A stretch of 60,688 nucleotides of DNA from positions 1-60,688 of the forward strand of contig JAANOX010000229.1 in assembly GCA_020184695.1 (NCBI GenBank), written 5' to 3'. Shown here piece by piece: positions 47,469-56,149 of the stretch. Source of the stretch: Histomonas meleagridis 2922-C6/04-290x (Eukaryota > Protista > Parabasalia). The notes under the pieces are model-generated. The model was not told where the DNA came from, ran no database searches, and saw nothing but the letters and a program-made list of their open reading frames with translations. The position numbers and the translations under genes were made by a program. The first letter of the stretch is position 1. The number at the start of each line of letters is the position of its first letter.

Positions 47469-48713
47469 TTAAAATTCGCGTTCAACTTTTTCTTGGTATC
47501 CTTTAATTTCTTTATACACATCATTGAACTTTGCGTCCATTGGAATGTTCTTCATGAAGTAAGTTACTGAATTTCGTAACACCTCAAATGCTTTTCTATT
47601 CATTAAAGCTGGTTGATATCTCCACTGATTATATATAATATTTCTATTGTCAAAGACTTTCGAAAACGAAATCAAACAAAAGGACGAACCACTTGCTGCC
47701 CCATTAAGGTGAAATTCTTTACTTTCGTCACTTTGCGAGTGGATATAAAAATCAATAATTGGCGATTTAACTTTTATCGGTCCGATATTAGAAAGTGAAC
47801 AATATATATGATAAGGTTCACCAGGGTATGGGTTATGATTTACAGCATAAAATATTCCATCTGTTTGATTTCTTTTAATTTCATCTTTGAACATTTTTAA
47901 GATTTCATTTAGCGTAGAATTCGAATGTTGCGTTATACCCATGTTTGGGTGTGCAACACAATTTCCATAACGCCAATCTACATGTGATTTTGTAAATCGT
48001 CGTAAATCAATAATTACTGGGAGTCCTAAAGGAGAATTGGGTCTGTCACCATACGCATTAAATGAAATTGAAAGAGCTGCCATTAGAGTTTCTGTGAGAT
48101 TTTTGGGCCGCTTTTTTATGGAATCATAACATTTAAGTTCATTGGCTGAAATGGTGTCTAGAATATTGATGGATTTGATGCCTTTGGGCGCTAGATGTGG
48201 ATCAAATGGATTTTTAATGAAATGGGAACATGATTTATATGGAAATGGATTGGGCTTATTTTTCTCGGCTGAAGATAACTCGCGAGAAAAAGCAGTAGCA
48301 ATGGACATAGGAAATCCAGTAACATGAATATCATCATCAAGAGAATGTTCCATGGCACGGATACAATAACCTCCATCTGAAAGACTATGTGATGAAGAAA
48401 TAACAGTAATGTGGTCATTGGCTGCAAGAGTTGCCATATTTTTATGTATTTTTGGCAAATGATTATTAGTGATCCAATCACAGGCGCTTTGGCAATCTTG
48501 AATATAAGATGGAAGTTTAAGAACCGGAGCTTCTGAAGTTTTAACAAAATATCCATTTTCTACTTTTGTCCGAAGGCCAACAAAAAGTTTCTGAAAATTT
48601 CTAACTGATTTTTCAACATATTTTGAATCCTTGAATTTTATTGCTAAGTTAAGGAATTCAGGTGCTAAAGGATTTGTAAATGTGATTTCGTTGCCAACAA
48701 GAGCACGAATCAT
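47469..48713 (-). CDS. CoA-dependent acyltransferase superfamily protein (alcohol acetyltransferase/condensation-like)
   Basis: VISSSHSLSDGGY contains the HxxxDG catalytic motif. PVIIDLRRF and SLSNIG resemble downstream motifs of this fold. Confidence 0.65.
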   Translation of the reverse strand: MIRALVGNEITFTNPLAPEFLNLAIKFKDSKYVEKSVRNFQKLFVGLRTKVENGYFVKTSEAPVLKLPSYIQDCQSACDWITNNHLPKIHKNMATLAANDHITVISSSHSLSDGGYCIRAMEHSLDDDIHVTGFPMSIATAFSRELSSAEKNKPNPFPYKSCSHFIKNPFDPHLAPKGIKSINILDTISANELKCYDSIKKRPKNLTETLMAALSISFNAYGDRPNSPLGLPVIIDLRRFTKSHVDWRYGNCVAHPNMGITQHSNSTLNEILKMFKDEIKRNQTDGIFYAVNHNPYPGEPYHIYCSLSNIGPIKVKSPIIDFYIHSQSDESKEFHLNGAASGSSFCLISFSKVFDNRNIIYNQWRYQPALMNRKAFEVLRNSVTYFMKNIPMDAKFNDVYKEIKGYQEKVEREF

Positions 48714-48812
48714 TTAGAAAAAATGAAGATGATTACGATAAAATTTGAATTGATTTTCAATGATCATTGAAATCGATTTGAGTTCGTTAATTTAAAAATA
48801 AAATTTAAAAAA

Positions 48813-48892
48813 TGTTCACCGTGGGGTTCGAACCCACGCCCTCTCGGACTAGTGCCTTAAACTAGCGCCTTGGACCACTCGGCCAGATGAAC
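48813..48892 (-). tRNA. tRNA-Leu(AAG)
   Basis: GTTCATC-TG-GCCGAGTGGTCCAAGGC-G-CTAGT-TTAAGGC-ACTAG, variable arm, GTGGGTTCGAACCCCAC, GGTGAAC-A. 80 nt, followed by a T-run. Confidence 0.93.
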
Positions 48893-49172
48893 TTTCGAGA
48901 ATTTTTAATATAATATTAAATTAGATATATATCAAGAAAACTGTAAAATTTGATCTAAAATTCAGATTTAAAATTTATTGAACATTATCTGAAAATAAAT
49001 CTTATCATAACTTTTGATGACACGAGAATGTGATAATAAATAAATGCATTAATAATATTATTTATGATCGAAATTTAACAATTATAAACCTTCATTGATA
49101 AAAATTTTCATTCTCTTTAAAGCAAAATTAAATAAACAATATAATAATTTTAGGTGATTAACATGAAAACAA

Positions 49173-51974
49173 ATGCCAATAAAAACATTTCAAAAAGAAA
49201 TACAACGTCCCATAAAAATTAAAAATGATAATTATAAACCATTCAAAAGTAAAGTAATGCCGCTGTTTAAACTTTCCGAAAATCCTCGAAAACATCAAAT
49301 AAAGTCATTAGTACGTCAAATTTCAGTAGGCAACTCAACTGCAATTGCACCAAAACTAGTACAACAAGCCATGCTTTATGCCAATAATAATGAAGATGCA
49401 CAAATCTTGATGGTATGCCTTCTTCAAGCAATAGATGAATCAGCATCCCATTCATTTCCTGTTCATAAGTGTCTTTTTGTTATTGAATCTTGCATGAGAA
49501 ATAGTCAAACTTTCCTTAATGCTGCAAAACTTTTTGCTCCTGAAATTCGATTAATTTCTTTGCTGACATTTGAAGGGAAAAAGTCAATTTTAAGAAAACA
49601 AATACATTTAACTGCAATGGAATTATATTATAATTTAGTTTACGGGAAACCACTTCAAAATGATGATTTCCAAATTGCAGTCCTTCGTACATTCCATGAA
49701 CCACTTGTTGCACCTCCTCCTTCTACATCATCACCTCAAGAATCAGATTCAAATTCATCAGAATATGCAACAGGAAGTTCATCTGTCACTACAAGTTCAG
49801 TGCCTGATGAGACACATTCACCACCAAATACTATAAATTCATCAAGTTCCAGTGGCACAAATGAATTTTTCAATTTATTCAATGATTACAATCAAAAAAA
49901 GCAACAATCGCCAAAAGCTCCATTACCACGCCAAAGCTCTGCGTCCTCCATTAATAATAATACGCCAAACCCCATGTTTAATTTATTTACAGATAATCAA
50001 AGTGGAACAAGTTCGCTTCCAAAAAACAAAGACTTCAACCAGGTACCTAACTTACCAAGACGTGTTCACTCCAACACCACTATTAGGTATAAAAACACAG
50101 AAACTCCACATCAACAACCGCAGCCCACAAACGGTCAACAACAAAATCAGGGCGCCCCACAGAACGATAGCAAATCCAACAATCATACTCTCTTTGATAT
50201 GCTTGCATTTCAGGGTCACAACAAAACAAATCAAAATCCCACTGAGACTGAACAAAACACTTCTTTTATTCAACCTCCAGCAGATCCAAATTTTGTAGAT
50301 CCATTTAATATATCAAATAATCAACAAAATGGAACAAACAATGAACAAATATCAAATAATCCATTTGATATGCAAAAGCAAAATTCATTGGACACTAATA
50401 AAACACATCGAAAAAGTAGTGACCAATCGAACGGCTACGCATTCGATCTAATTAACTTCATTCATAACTATGATAAAGAAAATGATAATTACGAATTAAA
50501 CCCATTTGACCCAATTCCACAAAATCAGCCAAACACAGGAAAAGATCAAAATCATCTTCAGAATGAAAGCGAACAAAACCCATTTAATGTACCAAACCAG
50601 AATCAATTTGAATTGTCCAACTCACAAAAAGGAAGAAAGTCATTTGACACGCCAAATCAAGTACAGCAAAACCCATTTAACTCAGCAAATCAAAATCAAA
50701 TCGAATTATCCAACTCACAAAACGGAAGAAAGTCATTTGACACGCCAAATCAAGCACAGCAAAATCCATTTAACTCACCAAACCAAAACCAAAATCAGTT
50801 CCAAGCGCAAACATTACAAAATCAGCAAAAGTCATTTGACACGCCAAATCAGAATCAACAAAACCCATTTAATGCACCAAACCAAAACCAAAATCAGTTC
50901 CAAGCGCAAACTTTACAAAATCAGCAAAATTCATTTGACACTCCAAATCAGAATCAGTTCCAAGCGCAAACATTACAAAATCAACAAAATCCATTTAACT
51001 CACCAAACCAAAACCAGAATCAGTTCCAAGCGCAAACATTACAAAATCAGCAAAAGTCATTTGACACGCCAAATCAGAATCAACAAAATCCATTTAATGC
51101 ACCAAACCAAAATCAAAATCAGTTCCAAGCGCAAACTTTACAAAATCAGCAAAATCCATTTAATGCACCAAACCAAAATCAAAACCAATTCCAAATGTCG
51201 AATTCGCAAAAGGGACGAAAATCGTTCGATGCCCCGAGCCGAAGTCCATTTGAGCGCTCTCCCGCGCACAAGGAAAGAAAGTCGTTTGACACGGCGAAGC
51301 AAAGTCGAACAGATTTAACCAGTTCGCAAAAGCACAGCTCAGAGAACGCGTTTAATGACTACAGCACGCAAAGTTATCACAGCAGCAGCGACAACCAATC
51401 AAATCACGCAGACGATCTGTTTCATTATGTCGATTCCTTCGACAACAAACAAAACAATAATGAAACAAAAGAAAAAAGGACAAGTAACGCAGAAGAGATT
51501 AATCCATTCAATGTACCAAACGCACAACAAAACAATGTAAATATCCAAAATCCTTTCGGAATGCCAAACAAAAATATTCAACAAAATCCTTTCAATGCAA
51601 ATCCATTTAACTCACCGCAGAACAATGCATACAACCAAAACCCTTTCAATGCAAATGCACAACAGAACAATGCAAATAATGCCCAAAGTCCATTTGCCAA
51701 TCAACAAAATAATTTCTACATCAAAAGCACTTTTGGAGCATCAAATAATAAAAATATTTCGGTTAGTGATCAAAATCCATTCAATGCAAATAACGGTCAA
51801 AATCCGTTTAACTCACCGCAGAACAAAGCATTCGATAAAATAAATCAATTCCCTCGTACAAACCCAAGTGTCGACGAACTGTTTCCCGGGTATCCGCTGC
51901 CTGAGGACCCGTTCCTGAACATGGAAGTGCCGAAAGGAATAAACTTCAGAGTGCGACTCGAAATGTGGCAATAA
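49173..51974 (+). CDS. Epsin-like ENTH-domain protein with NPF-rich disordered tail
   Basis: The N-terminal helical domain (VHKCLFVIESCMRN, EIRLISLLTF) resembles ENTH. The Q/N-rich tail has about 16 NPF motifs. The start may be the second Met, at 49257. Confidence 0.7.
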   Translation: MPIKTFQKEIQRPIKIKNDNYKPFKSKVMPLFKLSENPRKHQIKSLVRQISVGNSTAIAPKLVQQAMLYANNNEDAQILMVCLLQAIDESASHSFPVHKCLFVIESCMRNSQTFLNAAKLFAPEIRLISLLTFEGKKSILRKQIHLTAMELYYNLVYGKPLQNDDFQIAVLRTFHEPLVAPPPSTSSPQESDSNSSEYATGSSSVTTSSVPDETHSPPNTINSSSSSGTNEFFNLFNDYNQKKQQSPKAPLPRQSSASSINNNTPNPMFNLFTDNQSGTSSLPKNKDFNQVPNLPRRVHSNTTIRYKNTETPHQQPQPTNGQQQNQGAPQNDSKSNNHTLFDMLAFQGHNKTNQNPTETEQNTSFIQPPADPNFVDPFNISNNQQNGTNNEQISNNPFDMQKQNSLDTNKTHRKSSDQSNGYAFDLINFIHNYDKENDNYELNPFDPIPQNQPNTGKDQNHLQNESEQNPFNVPNQNQFELSNSQKGRKSFDTPNQVQQNPFNSANQNQIELSNSQNGRKSFDTPNQAQQNPFNSPNQNQNQFQAQTLQNQQKSFDTPNQNQQNPFNAPNQNQNQFQAQTLQNQQNSFDTPNQNQFQAQTLQNQQNPFNSPNQNQNQFQAQTLQNQQKSFDTPNQNQQNPFNAPNQNQNQFQAQTLQNQQNPFNAPNQNQNQFQMSNSQKGRKSFDAPSRSPFERSPAHKERKSFDTAKQSRTDLTSSQKHSSENAFNDYSTQSYHSSSDNQSNHADDLFHYVDSFDNKQNNNETKEKRTSNAEEINPFNVPNAQQNNVNIQNPFGMPNKNIQQNPFNANPFNSPQNNAYNQNPFNANAQQNNANNAQSPFANQQNNFYIKSTFGASNNKNISVSDQNPFNANNGQNPFNSPQNKAFDKINQFPRTNPSVDELFPGYPLPEDPFLNMEVPKGINFRVRLEMWQ
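50570..51195 (+). repeat. Coding tandem repeats (NPFNxPNQNQNQFQAQTLQNQQ / RKSFDTP modules)
   Basis: The block aatcagttccaagcgcaaac[a/t]ttacaaaatca recurs five times at frame-preserving spacings of about 60-100 bp. Confidence 0.85.
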
Positions 51975-52399
51975 GTGCGAAATAATAAGAAAATGTAATT
52001 TATATATATAATTAAATAAACAACTCATGTGAAGAAAGAATATAATTTGTAATGTAACAAAATATCGTATCAATAGAATAGCACAAACATAAGCGTTTTG
52101 AGACCTCACAACATTCAAATTACTTCGAACTCAGAATAAAAATGTTCATAATGTACTCTCTTTAACAGGATATTGTAAAAAAAAATTTCAATTCGTACCG
52201 ATCACAACCACTGGTACAGAATAGAATGATATATAAAAGTGACTATTATCTTTCAAATGAACGATTCATCTTACATTATATTGAGTAAACTATTCAAAAA
52301 GTCGTATTATTTTATTATGATCATCATAATTTTTAGTAAAACAATCAAAAAGTGGAATGAAACGTGGCAACAAACTACACAAATCAAAAAATTATGTAC

Positions 52400-52793
52400 T
52401 CAATTTTCTGAGTGTTACACTCATGTTAACATGTTAACGTCCAACATAGGCATTTTTTTTATTATAATAAATGATTGATTTTATCATTTATAAAAAAAAA
52501 TCAACAAAAAATATGCAAAAGATGATCTCGCTATCAAAACAAAAGCAAAATTATATATAGAACTTCAGCAATTTTTGGACGAACATAATGAATTTAGAAG
52601 TCAAGATGATTTCGGACTTGAAAAATTAATAGAAAATCAAAAATCATTCCAAGAACTCATGGAGTTTCTTGACAAAGAATGGATCAATTATTTCAAAAAT
52701 CTAGAGAATAACTATGATGATGAACAACGAGAAGAAGAAGAAAAGTGTGTTATACCTCAAATAATATATAATAAACATTTCTATAAATTATGA
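52400..52793 (+). mobile_element. Possible Mutator-like (MULE) transposase remnant
   Basis: Broken frames give ECYTH (CxxH) and, about 80 codons later, FQELMEFLDKEW, which resembles MULE FLDYFEKTW. No terminal repeats found. Confidence 0.3.
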
Positions 52794-53078
52794 TTTTATT
52801 TCATGTAAAAAAATCAATCAATTTCACGATCCAATGGATATCCATAAATTAATGGGCGTCATACTTTTATCTTATTTAATGAAAAATCATGGTGTTTTAA
52901 TTTAGTTAATGTATTTACCTGCGATAATTTTATAATGCAAACTATACATTACTTTATTCCCATAATATTTTAATCAAATTTCTATATTGTTGTTTAACTA
53001 TATTTTTGATGTTTTGCTGTTATTATGAAAAAGAGTTAAATATAACAAATATTTTTATTTAAAAAAGCGACACCAATT

Positions 53079-54179
53079 TTATTCGGCTTTATAATCATCT
53101 ACAAATTCCTTCGTTTTTTTAATGAAGTAATCAGGTTTTTTATCGCCCCAAATATCATAGCTAAAACGATAATTTCCTAATTCCATTGAACTTTCAATAT
53201 TTGTTCCATCAAACCAATTATTAAACGAATTAATTAGAACAATTTCATTGTTATATTCCATTGCATTCTTCCACATTTGTTCATAAAAAATTCCGCCTTT
53301 TCGACTTTGTGCTCTATGCGTAAAATGTCTATCAAAAGCAGTTTCATTTAATCCAGGTGAAACAGATGGAATGTATAAAATTCCATTATTATTCATTTCT
53401 TTAATAATTTTAATTTGATTATCAAGTGTACCTAAATTTGCAATACCTGAAATGCCGTGTTGATACATTGTTTGATACTCTTTAATGTTGTCTGTAAGAA
53501 TAATAAAAAAACATTGAGAAATATACTTGTAAAGTGAATCTTTTGCTTTCTTGAAAACGGTTTCTTTAAGAAATATTACGGGTAAACCATTCAATTTGAG
53601 TGATGTATTTCCATAATTCTTGAGATAATAGTCGATGTCTTTGCGTATAGAGTATTGGGTTTGGGAGAAGTAATCTTCAAGTAGGACACCAATTTTGATT
53701 TTCATTTTACGGGAATATTTGAATAAATATTGAAGTGATTTATCCGAAAAATCTGTTGGAGTATCGCTGTAGTGTGAATTGTTGTACCCATCCCATGCAA
53801 CAATTATTGAATCAATTCCAATATTTTGAATTGTTTTTAAATGTGATTGAAGTGTAACCTTATCATGACTCGAATACGGACCGAGACTAGGATATAAAAT
53901 AGATGGGATTGACGTTGGCGGGTCATACCTCCAAGAAGTCCATGGTCCAACTTGATGATTCCATTCTACCCATTCACCATCTATTTCTAAATTACCATAA
54001 TTAGCATAATATAAAGCCCATACGTATTTGTTTGAGCTAATATTGTTTGTTGTTTTAATTGGAATTGGTATTGTTTCTTTGATATTAGGTTGTTTAATCT
54101 TTCTTGAGAAATAACATGTTATAACACAAGTAATAAATGTTAAAAAAGGCAGTAGGATTTTTTGGATGTTTGAATTCAT
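53079..54179 (-). CDS. GH99 endo-alpha-mannosidase-like type II membrane protein with altered catalytic motif
   Basis: N-terminal anchor, then YYANYG...WNH...PP.SIPSILYPSLGPYSSHD and INSFNNWFDGTNIE (canonical GH99 is ITSFNEWHEGTQIE). Confidence 0.8.
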   Translation of the reverse strand: MNSNIQKILLPFLTFITCVITCYFSRKIKQPNIKETIPIPIKTTNNISSNKYVWALYYANYGNLEIDGEWVEWNHQVGPWTSWRYDPPTSIPSILYPSLGPYSSHDKVTLQSHLKTIQNIGIDSIIVAWDGYNNSHYSDTPTDFSDKSLQYLFKYSRKMKIKIGVLLEDYFSQTQYSIRKDIDYYLKNYGNTSLKLNGLPVIFLKETVFKKAKDSLYKYISQCFFIILTDNIKEYQTMYQHGISGIANLGTLDNQIKIIKEMNNNGILYIPSVSPGLNETAFDRHFTHRAQSRKGGIFYEQMWKNAMEYNNEIVLINSFNNWFDGTNIESSMELGNYRFSYDIWGDKKPDYFIKKTKEFVDDYKAE

Positions 54180-54215
54180 TTAAATAAAATTTAGAAAAAC
54201 AATTTAATATAAATT

Positions 54216-54223
54216 GTCACTTT
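54216..54223 (-). promoter_or_regulatory. AAAGTGAC (M2-like) motif upstream of the GH99-like gene
   Basis: Exact 8-mer on the sense strand, 36 nt before the ATG at 54179, in a 131-bp divergent intergenic region. Confidence 0.5.
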
Positions 54224-54310
54224 AATCCCACCAAAATTCTAATAGAACTGGACAAACCGTCTGACCAAATATCAATTTAATGAGCTCCAAAGACCAAAAC
54301 AAAGGAAGAA

Positions 54311-54976
54311 ATGAAACACCTTCCACCTGAGGAACTAGAAGAAGAATATGTCAACAAAGTATATGATGGAATTGCTAAACATTTTGATCACACAAGATAC
54401 AAACCATGGTCAGGAATTAAAAAATTTGTGGAAGATCTTCCTCCTTATTCAACACTTTTAGATATAGGATGTGGAAATGGACGTAATTTATGTATTAATC
54501 CAAAAGTTATTGATTTTGGAACAGATTATTCGATGCCATTATGCAAATATGCTCTTAATAAGAACAGACCAATTTTTTGTGCAACAGCACTTGACTTACC
54601 AATAAGAGATGAAGTGTTTGACAGTATAATATGTATAGCTGTAATACATCATTTCGCTTCTGTTGAAAGAAGACGAAAATGCCTTACAGAAATAGCAAGA
54701 ATTTTAAAGCCTGGTGGATATGCGTATTTAACAGCATGGGCAACCAAACAAACAAGAAAAGAATATGATGAACAAGATCAATTAATTCGATGGAATGTTC
54801 ATCCTCAATACAACAAAGAAGCACCAAAGTTCAAAAGATATTATCACTTGTTTGTAGAAGGCGAATTCCAAGAATTATTGTCTGTGATACCATCACTTAA
54901 AATAATTAAAGAAGAATGGATTGAAGGAAATTGGGAAATACTTTTGCAAAAAGTTGAACAAAAAAAACAAAGATAA
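54311..54976 (+). CDS. TRM9: tRNA wobble-uridine carboxymethyl methyltransferase (Trm9/ALKBH8 MT domain)
   Basis: LEEEYVNKVYDGIAKHFDHTRYKPW, LDIGCGNG, IAVIHHF, RYYHLF.EGE are the characteristic Trm9 motifs. Confidence 0.88.
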   Translation: MKHLPPEELEEEYVNKVYDGIAKHFDHTRYKPWSGIKKFVEDLPPYSTLLDIGCGNGRNLCINPKVIDFGTDYSMPLCKYALNKNRPIFCATALDLPIRDEVFDSIICIAVIHHFASVERRRKCLTEIARILKPGGYAYLTAWATKQTRKEYDEQDQLIRWNVHPQYNKEAPKFKRYYHLFVEGEFQELLSVIPSLKIIKEEWIEGNWEILLQKVEQKKQR

Positions 54977-55192
54977 TCATAAGGTGTTTATGGAATTGAC
55001 TTGTATATAATAAATCCATTTTAAGGCAAAGAGTTATTGATAATTTTGTAGTTCTTTTTTCTTATCTTTGCTTTATCATAAGCGTTTTAAATTTTTTTGG
55101 GGAATATAAAATACAATTAGTGAATTTATATTTTTTTTTGAAGTTTCTTATAATTTAATATCTAGTGAACTATAATTAAATTTCAACAGTTC

Positions 55193-55264
55193 TCTCCCGT
55201 AGTGTAATGGTTAGCACATGGGACTTTGAATCCCGGGACGGAGGTTCGATTCCTCCCGGGAGAA
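55193..55264 (+). tRNA. tRNA-Gln(TTG)
   Basis: TCTCCCG-TA-GTGTAATGGTTAGCAC-A-TGGGA-CTTTGAA-TCCCG-GGAC-GGAGG-TTCGATT-CCTCC-CGGGAGA-A (72 nt), with TTTTTT 4 nt downstream. Confidence 0.95.
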
Positions 55265-56149
55265 CTAATTTTTTCTTCAAATTCACATGGAAAAAAAATT
55301 TTTTGAGCATAAATTTATGCTAAATATAAAATTTCTGAAAGCGATAACTGTGTACTTAGTGAAATAGCAAAATGATAATTACTTATGAGTTTGGCTTGAT
55401 TATCATCATTAACAAGAGAAAATTTTTGAAATAGGTGTAATGGACATTTTTTATCCTGCAATATATTTTCAGATTCATTGCGATGTGTTGTTGCCTGTGG
55501 TACCTTGTTTGATTTCAGATATTTTGTAGATGTGAAGAAAAAGTAAAAATAATCAAAAGTATTATTTCTTCAATATCTTAATAAATGAGTAAAGGTGTGA
55601 TACTCTTTGCTTTAATATATCATAATTTCATACCATAAATACTAACTAATAATCATCTACTATTTAGAGGTAAGAAACAAGATGAATTTTCTATCCGATT
55701 TGTATAAAACTTAGAATTTATAATGAACTGATGAAAGAAATGATTTTTTTCTCTTGAAAGAACAATCTTGGTTGCCATTATAAAGATATATTCACGTTCA
55801 TGTTTTTTTTCGATTTTTTCTGATTATCTAATGCCTTACATCATCAAAGTTAATGCGAAAAAATTCTCATGAGAAGAATTTGTTACCCAAAAAATAAAAA
55901 AAAAATATCTGGAAATTACTTTCATTCTCATCTTGGTAAAAATCAACTACACAAATAAACAACGAAGAACGTCACGTATATATTTTTTGTATTCGAATAT
56001 ATTTGGAATGGAAAAACCATGTAAAGCTCATACAGAAGGGGTTCATTAGTAAATCAAATGTAGATAACATTTAATGATTTTTATTATGTGTTATAAGTTG
56101 GAAGGTGCAACCTAACAAAAAATTAGTTACAACCTTACCAAAGTCTAAA

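Noticed and set aside
179-51584. Numerous short ORFs nested antisense or out of frame within the long genes
   Set aside because: These are shadow frames of real coding sequence and show no independent motifs.
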